A stretch of 64,000 bases of DNA. Source: Candidatus Eiseniibacteriota bacterium. Its GTDB lineage: Bacteria > Eisenbacteria > RBG-16-71-46 > SZUA-252. The notes beneath the pieces are model-generated. The model saw only the letters and a list, made by a program, of their open reading frames with translations. It was not told the origin of the DNA and ran no database searches. Positions 49,262 to 58,112 of this stretch are shown one piece after another (position 1 is the stretch's first letter; each line of letters opens with the position of its first letter). The stretch lies in contig JAYWED010000018.1 of NCBI GenBank assembly GCA_043779525.1, positions 20,867 through 84,866 on the forward strand. The letters run 5' to 3'. The translations under genes were made by a program, and so were the position numbers.

Positions 49262-50563
49262 CTACGGAATGGGTTCCAGGTCTCGCGTGAAGGACTCGTC
49301 GAAGCCATCGGTTTTCTTCCGGCTCCCGGATTTCCTGGCGGGAGCGTCGTCCGAATGGACCTGGATCGAGACTTCCACGGTGAGCGTGATGCGCCCGGAG
49401 CCCGGAAGGGCGCCCAGGTCGATCGGAATCGAGATCCGCCGCGAGTCCCCCGTCCCTGTGCCTTCAGCGCTGCGATGGGTCGAAGCGCTCGAGGAGGGAA
49501 CGCCCGGGTCGCGCTCGAAATCGCCGATCGATTCCTCGTCGGCCACGCTGGGCGCGGCGGCGGAAGCGCGAATCGGCTCCGGCCGGGCCGGAGCGCCGAG
49601 GGGCGGGTGCGGGATCATGTCTTCCTCGGTCAGCACCAGTTCCTCTTCGGCGTTCAGCTTCTGAGGGATCTCCGTCAGGGGCGTGTCGTCGATCAGGGCG
49701 TCATCGCTCAGAAGGGGCGTGGGCTCGAACGCCGCGGCCTGGGCGGCGCCTCGAGATTGCGGATCCGCGGGGGCCCCGGGGGCCTCGGCCCCCATGGCGT
49801 CGGATTCGGCCGGCTCGTTCTGCTCCCCCTTGCCGCGCTTCAGGTATTTCAGCAGCTTTCCGCCCGTGTGCGCGCCACGCTCCGCTTCCTTCCTGGATGC
49901 GGCGTTTGCGGCCTCGGCCCTCGCGGCCTTGTCCTTCGCGCGCGCGAGACCCTGCACGGCGCCCTTGTCCTTCTCGAGCACGTCCTTCGTGATCTTCGCG
50001 AGCAAGAGCTTCGAGACCCCACGCAGCGTCTCGAACACGCCTGTGCCGTTGGCCGCCTGAGCCTCGAAGTACGGGACGTTCAGACGGTTCAGCTCCTTGT
50101 TCAAATCCGCGATCGAGACGGCGCTCGGGAGATCGCGCTTGTTGTATTGAAGCACCAGGGGGATCGTCTTGATGTCGATCCCGTACGCCTTGAGGTTCAA
50201 CTCGAGGTTGGCGAAGCTCTCGCGGTTTTCCGCCATCTTGTCCACCGCGGAATCCGCGACGAAGACGACGGCGTCGACGCCCTTCAGCACGAGCTTTCGC
50301 GTCGCGTTGTAATACACCTGTCCCGGCACGGTGTAGAGCAGGAGCCGGGTTTTCATGCCCTGGAGGTCGCCCAGGTCGAGCGGAAGCAGATCGAAGAAGA
50401 GCGTACGGTCGGTCTGTGTCTTCATCGAGACCATGCGTCCCCGGTTCGTCTCGGGAACACTGTCGTAGATCTTCTCCAGATTGGTCGTCTTGCCGCTCAG
50501 ACCGGGCCCGTAGTACACGATCTTCGCGTTGATCTCGCGCCCCGAATAACTCACCACCACCAT
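49262..50563 (-). CDS. mglA: MglA-family small Ras-like GTPase with about 235-aa low-complexity/acidic C-terminal extension
   Basis: N-terminal 195 aa align residue-by-residue with Myxococcus MglA as recalled from memory: MVVVSYSGREINAKIVYYGPGLSGKTTNLEKIY...RTLFFDLLPL...LYTVPGQVYYNATRKLVLKGVDAVVFVADS...IPLVLQYNKRDLP... including the MglA-specific TVPGQ G3 motif. ORF then continues in-frame for 235 aa (KDKAARAEAANAASRKEAER...LTEEDMIPHPPLGAPARPEP...) to stop at 49262. RBS GAGGAG 7 nt upstream. Confidence 0.75.
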   Translation of the reverse strand: MVVVSYSGREINAKIVYYGPGLSGKTTNLEKIYDSVPETNRGRMVSMKTQTDRTLFFDLLPLDLGDLQGMKTRLLLYTVPGQVYYNATRKLVLKGVDAVVFVADSAVDKMAENRESFANLELNLKAYGIDIKTIPLVLQYNKRDLPSAVSIADLNKELNRLNVPYFEAQAANGTGVFETLRGVSKLLLAKITKDVLEKDKGAVQGLARAKDKAARAEAANAASRKEAERGAHTGGKLLKYLKRGKGEQNEPAESDAMGAEAPGAPADPQSRGAAQAAAFEPTPLLSDDALIDDTPLTEIPQKLNAEEELVLTEEDMIPHPPLGAPARPEPIRASAAAPSVADEESIGDFERDPGVPSSSASTHRSAEGTGTGDSRRISIPIDLGALPGSGRITLTVEVSIQVHSDDAPARKSGSRKKTDGFDESFTRDLEPIP

Positions 50564-50808
50564 GGCGTCGCTCCTCGATTCGCTTTGGTTTCGTATCCGG
50601 ACCCGGGCTCGCGGCGGAACGCGTGGCGCGACCGGGTAGCCGCCCTGCCTCGGGAAAGAGAACGGAGGATGGAGGCCTAATCTTTAGGAGAAATGCTGCT
50701 TCCGCGCCGGGGCCGGGCGGAGAAGCTGGGACAACGACTTCGCGGACCGTGGGTGGCGCGCCATGCAGGTTGCACGGCAGCCGGCCCATGGAGGCCGGCG
50801 AGGGACCG

Positions 50809-51222
50809 TCAGGCGCGCGGGTCCCGCCGGATCCAGATCCCCTGGCGCTCCTTGATCTGGAGGCCTGGACCGCCGGGGTCGTTCACGCCCTCGTAATGGC
50901 GGAGCAGGAGCTCCTTGAGCGCGGGGTACTCGATGGTGGGAAAGTAGCGGCTCACCCGGCTGAACATGCCGTCGCGATCCGAATAGCGCAAGAGCTCCAC
51001 TTCGGTGACTCGCTCGTACTGGTTCTCGCCGTACGCCACCTCGGGCGTCTCATCCACGTCGATCCAGAGCGACGCCACGCTCTGTAGCACGTCGAACCGG
51101 TGCTTGGATCGCATGAGGAACTCCCAGAGGCCGAAGATCTCGAGCGGCACGTAGCGCACCGTGGCGTCACTCTCGGAATCCGGCCTTCGAATCTCGCAGC
51201 GCACCAGCTTCTGACTCGCCAT
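50809..51222 (-). CDS. Hypothetical 137-aa protein upstream of and co-oriented with mglA
   Basis: ATG 51220-51222 preceded by GGAGGTG RBS: MASQKLVRCEIRRPDSESDATVRYVPLEIFGLWEFLMRSKHRFDVLQSVASLWIDVDETPEVAYGENQYERVTEVELLRYSDRDGMFSRVSRYFPTIEYPALKELLLRHYEGVNDPGGPGLQIKERQGIWIRRDPRA; no recognizable family (not Roadblock/LC7-like by composition). The 279-aa ORF's first 142 codons have implausible Arg/Pro-rich composition. Confidence 0.45.
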   Translation of the reverse strand: MASQKLVRCEIRRPDSESDATVRYVPLEIFGLWEFLMRSKHRFDVLQSVASLWIDVDETPEVAYGENQYERVTEVELLRYSDRDGMFSRVSRYFPTIEYPALKELLLRHYEGVNDPGGPGLQIKERQGIWIRRDPRA

Positions 51223-51353
51223 CACCACCTCCGAATGGATCACCGCCCATGGCATGCGCGTTGCACGTGAACAAGGTCGAGAAGCGATGGCTTGAGCCCG
51301 CGTGGGGGCGCGGACACGACGGTCACCCGAGAATCTAAGCCTTGGAGGACGCC

Positions 51354-51551
51354 ATGAAACCCAATCCGCACCCCCCAGCCGTACGAAGCGTCGCGCGCCG
51401 CGCCACGGAAGTCTATTGCCGGCGCGATAATCGCGTGTACGCGGTGTGTCCCCACGTCGCCCAGGGCTCGGCATGCCGCTGCCTCTCCGAGCTGGAAACG
51501 GCCGATGCCCTGTTTGAATCGGATGGCGCCGACGCCGGAGCCGGCCACTGA
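51354..51551 (+). CDS. Candidate small 65-aa protein with four Cys (CRRDNRVYAVCPHVAQGSACRC)
   Basis: ATG 51354 five nt after GGAGGA; lies in an otherwise empty 517-nt intergenic region between divergent units. Confidence 0.3.
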   Translation: MKPNPHPPAVRSVARRATEVYCRRDNRVYAVCPHVAQGSACRCLSELETADALFESDGADAGAGH

Positions 51552-51739
51552 CCAGCCGCTGGGGATGGCTGTTTCCATCCCACATGTGGGCAAAATGACG
51601 CCCTCCTGAGCCGGACTCTAGGGTCAGGCGCTGCGGCAAGTCAAACAAAAGACCTTCCCGATTTCTTGACGGTTCACGGAGCGCTCGTGTAGCGTCACCG
51701 CGTGCCGTTTTCTCCCCGAGTATTTCGCGCGACGCGCCC

Positions 51740-52621
51740 GTGATTCAGGACCTCCTGATCGAGGCGGCTCTAGCACTCGTCCCCACACTTCCCCGGCAGG
51801 CCGCCGAGTCCCTGGCGCGCGCGACCGCGCGCGTGGAGTTCGCCTTCCATTCCAAGCGCAGACGCGCGGTCGAATCGAATCTGACCTCGATCGCCGCATC
51901 CGGTCGGCACACGGCCGACCGGCCCGCCCTGGACCGCACGGCCCGCTCGATCTTCGAGAACTACCACCGGTTCGTCCTGGAATACCTCGGGCAGCGATCG
52001 CTCGACGCGCGCGCGCTGGATTCCCGGTTCCGGTTTCACGGCATGGAGATCCTCTACCGGGCCCTCGAGCGCGGCCGCGGCGCCGTGGTGTCGGCGCCCC
52101 ATGTCGGAAACTGGGAGCTGGCGGGGCTCGCGCTCGCGCGGCTTGGCTTTCGGGTCCACGTGGTGACCGGCGTGCAGTTCCACGCAAGGCTCACGAAGAC
52201 GGCGCGCCTACTCAAGGAGCGCGAGCGGATCCTGGTCAGCACGCCGCGCGAGGGGTTCCGCCCCCTGCTCCGAACGCTCCGGCGATCCGGAATCGTGGTG
52301 CTGCTCACGGACGGCGATGTGTTCGCGCGCTCGCTCGACGCGGAGTTCTTCGGGCGCCGGGTGCCTTTCCCGGTGGGGCCGGCGCTCCTGGCGCGCCGAG
52401 CGGGCGCAGTACTCCTCCACGCGCACGCCGAGCGGCGCGGCTCGGGCGGGCACATGGTCGTGTTCGACGGGTCCGAACTTCCCGATCCCGGGCTCACGCT
52501 CGAGGAGGACCTCCGCCGGCTCACGCGGCGGGTCGCCGAGGCGCAGGAGCGCACCATCACCCGCCATCTCGACCAGTGGTGCATCTTCCGACCCGTCTTT
52601 CCGAGCCGCGATGCCGCTTAA
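51740..52621 (+). CDS. Lysophospholipid/lipid-A-type acyltransferase (LPLAT, HtrB/PatA-like)
   Basis: 293 aa; ...YRALERGRGAVVSAPHVGNWELAG... (HX4D-equivalent acyltransferase box region); ...LLTDGDV.... Confidence 0.7.
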   Translation: MIQDLLIEAALALVPTLPRQAAESLARATARVEFAFHSKRRRAVESNLTSIAASGRHTADRPALDRTARSIFENYHRFVLEYLGQRSLDARALDSRFRFHGMEILYRALERGRGAVVSAPHVGNWELAGLALARLGFRVHVVTGVQFHARLTKTARLLKERERILVSTPREGFRPLLRTLRRSGIVVLLTDGDVFARSLDAEFFGRRVPFPVGPALLARRAGAVLLHAHAERRGSGGHMVVFDGSELPDPGLTLEEDLRRLTRRVAEAQERTITRHLDQWCIFRPVFPSRDAA

Positions 52622-53807
52622 AATCGGAATCCTGAGCCAGGCCTACCACCCCGCCGTTGGGGGCGTGACGGAGCACGTGGATGCCACGGCGCACGCGCTC
52701 TGCGCCCGCGGGCACGAGGTCGGGGTGATCACGGCCCACTTCACCGAGGGAGAATCGGAGGGCCTGAAGCGGAACGGCTATCCCGTGCATCGCATCGGGC
52801 AGAACCTCACGGTGCCCTACAACGGCGCGGAGAGCAACCTGACGATCGGATTCGGGCTCCGCAGGAAGCTGGAGGAGCTTTTCGAGCGCGAGCGATTCGA
52901 TATCCTCCACGTCCACTGTCCGGTCTCCCCGTTCCTGCCGCTCCTGGCGCTGCGGATCGCGAAGCAGCCGGTCGTCGGCACCTTCCACTCCACGGTGATG
53001 TCGGACCTGGCGTTCCGACTCTTCCGCCGTGTTCTCCTGCCCTTTTACCGGCGCCTCGACCGGACGCTGGCGGTTTCCGAGGAGGCGCGCGCCTGCGTGC
53101 TCCGCCACTTCCCGGGGCCCGTCGATATTCTCCCGAACGGCGTGAATCTCGAGCGGTTCCGACCGGGCCTCGCGAGGCTCGAGCGCTTCGACGACGGCGC
53201 GCCGAACATCCTCTTCGTCGGGCGCCACGATCCCAGGAAGGGGCTGCCCGAGCTGATGCAGGCCTGCCGGGCGCTCGCGCTGGACGGCGTTCCCTTCCGG
53301 CTCATCATCGTCGGGGACGGAAGCCTGAGGCGGCGGATCGAGGGGATGGCGCACGGGCCGCTCGCGGGCCGCGTCCACTTCGAGGGCAGGGTGAGCAACG
53401 AGAACCTGCCGCGGTACTACGCCTCCTCGGACATCTTCTGCTCCCCCGCGCGGGGGGGGGAGAGCTTCGGAATCGTGCTCCTCGAGGCGATGGCCTCGGG
53501 AGTGCCGATCGTCGCGACCGACCTCCCCGGCTATCGCACGGTTCTCACGCCCGGAGCGGAGGGATTGATGGCGCGTCCGCGCGATCCCGTGTCGCTCCAC
53601 GCCGCGCTCAAGACCCTGCTCGCGCGTCCGGACCTGAGAGCGGAGATGGGAGCACGCGGAATCGAGACGGCCCGGCGCTACGCATGGCCCAGGATCGCCG
53701 GGCGCCTCGAGGAGATCTATGGCTCGCTGGTCGGTCCCGGACGCGTCGCCGAGGGGATCGAGGATCCGGGCGGGAGACCCGCGCTCCTCCGGACCGCGAA
53801 GGCTTGA
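52611..53807 (+). CDS. GT4-family glycosyltransferase, PimA-like (phosphatidylinositol alpha-mannosyltransferase-like)
   Basis: ATG 52611 overlaps the acyltransferase stop by 11 nt: MPLKIGILSQAYHPAVGGVTEHVDATAHALCARGHEV...; C-terminal GT-B ...ESFGIVLLEAMASGVPIVATD... EX7E motif. Confidence 0.8.
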   Translation: MPLKIGILSQAYHPAVGGVTEHVDATAHALCARGHEVGVITAHFTEGESEGLKRNGYPVHRIGQNLTVPYNGAESNLTIGFGLRRKLEELFERERFDILHVHCPVSPFLPLLALRIAKQPVVGTFHSTVMSDLAFRLFRRVLLPFYRRLDRTLAVSEEARACVLRHFPGPVDILPNGVNLERFRPGLARLERFDDGAPNILFVGRHDPRKGLPELMQACRALALDGVPFRLIIVGDGSLRRRIEGMAHGPLAGRVHFEGRVSNENLPRYYASSDIFCSPARGGESFGIVLLEAMASGVPIVATDLPGYRTVLTPGAEGLMARPRDPVSLHAALKTLLARPDLRAEMGARGIETARRYAWPRIAGRLEEIYGSLVGPGRVAEGIEDPGGRPALLRTAKA

Positions 53808-55123
53808 CCCGGGGGACGCCCGCCGGGCTTTCGGGCGCCGGCTCGCGCCTCTTCCGAAACAGGAATTTCAGGGCGCTCTGGCTGGGGCAATTCGTCTCCA
53901 TCTTCGGCGACCGTCTCACGTACCTTGCCCTCCTCGCGCTCATCGTGGAGCGCGCGCGCGACCCACGGAATCCCGCTCCCGAGCTGGCGCTCGTGCCCGC
54001 CGTGAGCTTTCTGCCCACCATCCTGTTCGGTCCCCTGGCGGGGGCCCTGGTGGACACCTGGGACACGCGGCGCGTGCTCGTGATCTCCGATTTTCTCCGC
54101 GGATGCGTCGTGCTTCTGATGATTCCCGCCGCCGTTCACGGGGGACTTCCGGCCGCCTTCGCGCTCCTCTTCCTCCTGTATCTCGTGAACTCCTTCTTCC
54201 TGCCGGCGCGCTCGGCGGTCCTTCCGGACCTGGTGGAGGCCGACGAATTGGTGGAGGCGAACTCGCTCGCAACGCTCGCGGGCGTCGCGGCGACGATCGC
54301 GGGCGCGGCGCTGGGAGGGATTCTCGTGGAGCGCGCGGGATGGCGGTGGGGACTCGCCATCGACGGCGTCACCTATTTCGTCTCGGTGGGATTCCTCTCC
54401 GCCTTGCGGCCCCGTCCCCACGAGCGTCCACCGAGGCCGGGCACGTGGACCGGCGTCTACCGCGCGCTCGGACGCGACGTGAAGGAAGGGGCGCGGCTCA
54501 CCGTCCGCGATCGGGCGGTCCTGGGGCCCATCCTGACCCTGGTGCTCCTCTGGATCGCTGGCGGAGCGCTCCAGGTGGCGGGAACGGTGCTCCTCAAGCA
54601 GCGCGTGAGCGCCTTCGTCTCGGGAACCGGCGGCGTGCTCGCGGCCGTGGGGTTCGGGATGGTCGCGGGCACCCTGCTCACGGCGCGGCGCGGGAGTCGC
54701 GCGACGCCTCACGCAATGATGGCGACGGGATTGGCAGGGACCGGCGTGGCGCTCGTCCTCTTCGCGCGCGCGGTCTCCCTCCCGGCGCTCCTCGCGGTGG
54801 CCTTCACGGCCGGAGTCTTCGTCGCGATTCTCCTGGTCACGACCGAAGCGGCGGTCCAGGCGGCCGTGGCGAAGGAGGCCCGCGGACGCGTCTTTGCGCT
54901 GCGCGATTTCGCCACGCGGGTCGCGGTGTTGATCGCGGCGGGTCTTCTGGGGGTCGCGCTCGGCAGGGGGATCTTGTCGCCGGCGTGGACGGTCGCGGCT
55001 GCGGGGGCGCTCCTGATCGCGGCTGGAGGGCTGGGCTTTCTTAGAAGACCTTCTTCCCCTCCGCCAGCATCTCGTTCAGGGCATCGCGAAAGTAGGGAGT
55101 GGAGTTCGCCATCTCAGGCGTGA
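53804..55123 (+). CDS. MFS transporter (12 TM); start approximate
   Basis: ...FRNRNFRALWLGQFVSIFGDRLTYLAL... typical MFS N-terminus; possible TTG 53804; the 479-aa ORF's first about 40 codons overlap the glycosyltransferase gene. Confidence 0.7.
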   Translation: MTRGTPAGLSGAGSRLFRNRNFRALWLGQFVSIFGDRLTYLALLALIVERARDPRNPAPELALVPAVSFLPTILFGPLAGALVDTWDTRRVLVISDFLRGCVVLLMIPAAVHGGLPAAFALLFLLYLVNSFFLPARSAVLPDLVEADELVEANSLATLAGVAATIAGAALGGILVERAGWRWGLAIDGVTYFVSVGFLSALRPRPHERPPRPGTWTGVYRALGRDVKEGARLTVRDRAVLGPILTLVLLWIAGGALQVAGTVLLKQRVSAFVSGTGGVLAAVGFGMVAGTLLTARRGSRATPHAMMATGLAGTGVALVLFARAVSLPALLAVAFTAGVFVAILLVTTEAAVQAAVAKEARGRVFALRDFATRVAVLIAAGLLGVALGRGILSPAWTVAAAGALLIAAGGLGFLRRPSSPPPASRSGHRESREWSSPSQA

Positions 55124-55820
55124 CCCGCTCCTTGTAGACCTCCCACGATTTCTTGATCTCGTATCCGAGCACAGCGACCAGATTGCCATCCTGGATGCCG
55201 CGGTCGCGCTTTTCCTTATTGTAGATGGCGATGTCGGACGCGAGCACGCGCGCGAGGCGGCGGGCGCGCTCGTGCTTCAAGCGCTCGGCCTCCGGAAGTC
55301 CCTGGGGGATCCCGGCGGAAGGCGAAAACGGGCTCACGGCAGGGGACGCGGCCTCGGGCGCTGCGGCCATGCCCTGCGCTCGCGTGACCCCGGGCGCGCG
55401 AGCGACATCCGGCGCGGGCGTTGCCGCGGCAGGGGTCTGCACCGCGCCGGGCGCAGCGGATGAGAAGGCGGTGGCGAACCGCTCGAATTGAGGCGACGCC
55501 TGCTCCCGCGCGGGCGCGGGCGCCGGCGATGAAGCGGGTCGCGGGTCGAACGGCGACGAGTCGAATGCCGGCTGCGACGCGGGTCCAGGCGCAAACGCCG
55601 GCGCCTGGGCCTGAGGCGTCGGCGGAATCAAGGGAAGCTCGGACGGCGCCGGAGACGCCGATGCCGGAGACGCCGATCGCTCGATGGAGAATACGCCCAG
55701 GCATTTGCGGCAGCGGACGCGAGCACCCTGTATCGGTATCTTATCGTCCGCGATGACGTAGCGAGCGCCGCATGCGCTGCATTCGACGTGCATCCATGCC
55801 CTCATTCCGTTGATGTGCAC
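55041..55820 (-). CDS. MJ0042-type zinc-ribbon protein with long Pro/Ala-rich linker and conserved C-terminal domain
   Basis: N-terminus M(RAW)MHVECSACGARYVIADDKIPIQGARVRCRKCLGVFSI (two CxxC pairs); about 130-aa P/A/S-rich linker; C-terminal ...RLARVLASDIAIYNKEKRDRGIQDGNLVAVLGYEIKKSWEVYKERV.... 3' end overlaps the convergent MFS gene by 83 nt. Confidence 0.6.
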   Translation of the reverse strand: MHINGMRAWMHVECSACGARYVIADDKIPIQGARVRCRKCLGVFSIERSASPASASPAPSELPLIPPTPQAQAPAFAPGPASQPAFDSSPFDPRPASSPAPAPAREQASPQFERFATAFSSAAPGAVQTPAAATPAPDVARAPGVTRAQGMAAAPEAASPAVSPFSPSAGIPQGLPEAERLKHERARRLARVLASDIAIYNKEKRDRGIQDGNLVAVLGYEIKKSWEVYKERVTPEMANSTPYFRDALNEMLAEGKKVF

Positions 55821-55878
55821 CAGCCAGGCCGCCGTAACTCTCTATCGGCCACCGGAGGACCATCTTTCGAGGAATCGT

Positions 55879-57987
55879 CTAGCCGCTCTGGAGGTAAAGC
55901 TCGGCGCCCGCGAAGTGGGCCTCGATCCAGCTCTTTAGCTCGGCCTCTCCGCCTCGGGCCATCTCCCCGGACATGAGCTCTTCGGCCAGCGCGCGAGCGC
56001 TCTCGATCAGGTCCAGATCGGAAGCGGCATTCACGGCGTGGAACTCGGGAAACCCATGTTGCGACGTTCCCAGGAGCTCGCCCGGTCCGCGAAGCTTGAG
56101 GTCTTCCTCCGCCAGCTCCTGTCCGTTCTCGATCCGTCTGAACGTCTGGAGCCGGCGCCTCGCCATCTCTCCCATCCCCTTCCCGACGAGAAGCACGCAG
56201 CGCCCGGGACGGTCGGCTCGCCCGACCCGTCCCCGGAGCTGGTGAAGCTGGGCCAGGCCGAAGCGCTCCGGATGCTCGATCACGATCAGCGTGGCGTCCG
56301 GGATGTCCAGACCCACTTCGACCACGGTTGTCGCGACCAGGATGCGCGCCTGACCGGACCGGAACCGCTCGATCGCGAGCCGCCGCTCGGGAGCCTTGAG
56401 GCGCCCGTGCACCAGGACCACGCCCGCCTCGGCGAGGCGCGGCACGCTGCCCAGCTCCTTCGCCATCGCCACCGCGGACTTGAGCTCCTGCGTCTCCCCC
56501 TCCTCCACGACCGGGTAGACCACGAAGGCGCTCCCGCCCTGATCCATCTCCGTGCCCAGCACGCGCGCCAGTGAATCGATCCCGCCGGCCCGGACGAATT
56601 CGGTCTTCACGGGGGCGCGTCCCGGCGGCCGCTCGGTGAGGAGCGAGAGATCCAGGTCGCCGTACAGCGCGAGCGCCAGACTGCGCGGAATCGGCGTCGC
56701 GGTGAGCACCAGAAGATGCGCGTCCCGGAGCCCGCTCGACTTCGAGGCGAGCGTGACCCTCTGGCGCACCCCGAAGCGGTGCTGCTCGTCAACGACCACG
56801 AGCCCGAGCGCGTGAAAGCGCAGATCCCGCTCGAGGAGCGCGTGCGTCCCGATCACGAGGGAGATCTTGCCCTGGGAAATCCCTTCGAGAACGCGCGCCC
56901 GCTCCTTGGGCGGCGTGGCCGCGGTCAGGAGCGCGTAGCGAATGCCCGCGGGTCCGAAGAGCCGCGCCGCGGTGTCCGCGTGCTGCTCCGCGAGAAGTCC
57001 GGTCGGGGCCAGGATGGCGGTCTGGGCCCCGGCGCCTGCCGCCCGCACGGCAGCCGCGAGGGCAAGCACCGTCTTTCCGGATCCCACGTCGCCCAGGAGC
57101 AGCCGCCGCATCGGAAGGTCGCGGTCCAGATCCAGGTCGATCGCGGCGAGCGCTTCGCCCTGCGTTCGCGTGAGCGCGAAAGGCAGCGACGCGCGAAACC
57201 GGGCCGCCGCCTCGGCCCCGGAAAGGAGCGGATGCGCCGCGCGCCGGCCCCGATGGCGCGCGCGGGCGTAGAGAAGCGAGATCTGGATGCGCAGCAGCTC
57301 CTCGAGGGCGAGCCGCCGCCTGGCGGGCTCGGCGTCCTCCGGGCGCTCCGGAGCATGCACCCGCTCGAAGGCCTCCCGCAGCGAAGGCAGCCCGCGCTCG
57401 CGCCGCCACGCCTCGGGAACGGGATCGTTTACCTCAGGCATCGCGCGCACGAGATCCAGAACCCGCGCCCTGAGCCAGCGCTGCGTCACCCCTTGCGTGA
57501 GTCCGTAGATCGGGGTCACCCGGGCGAGTCGGGGGGTTTCCTCGCCTAAGTCTTCCGCCTCGAACTCCGGATTGTGCATCTCCAGCCCGTGGTAGGGCTC
57601 GACCGGTCCCGAGAAGCAGTAGCGCTCCCCGGGCCTGAGCGCCTTCTCGACGAAGGGCTGATTGAACCAGACGACGCGGAGGGCCCCCGTGTCGTCCTGA
57701 ACGATGGCGGAAACGTCGCGTCTTCCGCGGAACCGCCGCTCGACACGAACGCTCCGGAGCGCGCCCACAACCGAGGCCTCCTGACCGGGCTGAAGGCGCG
57801 CGACGGGCGTGATCAGGCGCCGGTCGCGGTAGCCGCGCGGCACATGGAAGAGGAGATCGCGGAGGGTGCGGATCTCAAGCCTGGCGAGGCGCCGGGCCAT
57901 CTCGGGGCCGACGCCGCTCAGGAAGCGCACCGGATCGCTGAGCTTGGGCATCGGAGGGATGCTAGGGGCGCGCGCGGCCGGCGTCAA
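55879..57987 (-). CDS. recG: ATP-dependent DNA helicase RecG
   Basis: 702 aa; wedge/OB N-domain, helicase motifs GDVGSGKT (Walker A), DEQH (motif II), ...HGRLK..., QLRGRVGRA (motif VI). Confidence 0.9.
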   Translation of the reverse strand: MTPAARAPSIPPMPKLSDPVRFLSGVGPEMARRLARLEIRTLRDLLFHVPRGYRDRRLITPVARLQPGQEASVVGALRSVRVERRFRGRRDVSAIVQDDTGALRVVWFNQPFVEKALRPGERYCFSGPVEPYHGLEMHNPEFEAEDLGEETPRLARVTPIYGLTQGVTQRWLRARVLDLVRAMPEVNDPVPEAWRRERGLPSLREAFERVHAPERPEDAEPARRRLALEELLRIQISLLYARARHRGRRAAHPLLSGAEAAARFRASLPFALTRTQGEALAAIDLDLDRDLPMRRLLLGDVGSGKTVLALAAAVRAAGAGAQTAILAPTGLLAEQHADTAARLFGPAGIRYALLTAATPPKERARVLEGISQGKISLVIGTHALLERDLRFHALGLVVVDEQHRFGVRQRVTLASKSSGLRDAHLLVLTATPIPRSLALALYGDLDLSLLTERPPGRAPVKTEFVRAGGIDSLARVLGTEMDQGGSAFVVYPVVEEGETQELKSAVAMAKELGSVPRLAEAGVVLVHGRLKAPERRLAIERFRSGQARILVATTVVEVGLDIPDATLIVIEHPERFGLAQLHQLRGRVGRADRPGRCVLLVGKGMGEMARRRLQTFRRIENGQELAEEDLKLRGPGELLGTSQHGFPEFHAVNAASDLDLIESARALAEELMSGEMARGGEAELKSWIEAHFAGAELYLQSG

Positions 57988-58047
57988 ACGCTGGGCAGGG
58001 CCGGCGTTCCACGGCGGCGGACCCGAAGCGGCTCCGCGTCAAACCGC

Positions 58048-58077
58048 TTGCCCGCCGGGGGACGTCCGGGGTACAAT
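58048..58077 (+). promoter_or_regulatory. Sigma-70-type promoter for rpmB (TTGCCC-18 nt-TACAAT)
   Basis: -35 TTGCCC 58048-58053, 18-nt spacer, -10 TACAAT 58072-58077, followed by RBS AGGAGGA 58098-58104 and rpmB ATG 58113. Confidence 0.5.
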
Positions 58078-58112
58078 CCGACGCTCGTTTCGAACTCAGG
58101 AGGATTTCTTCA

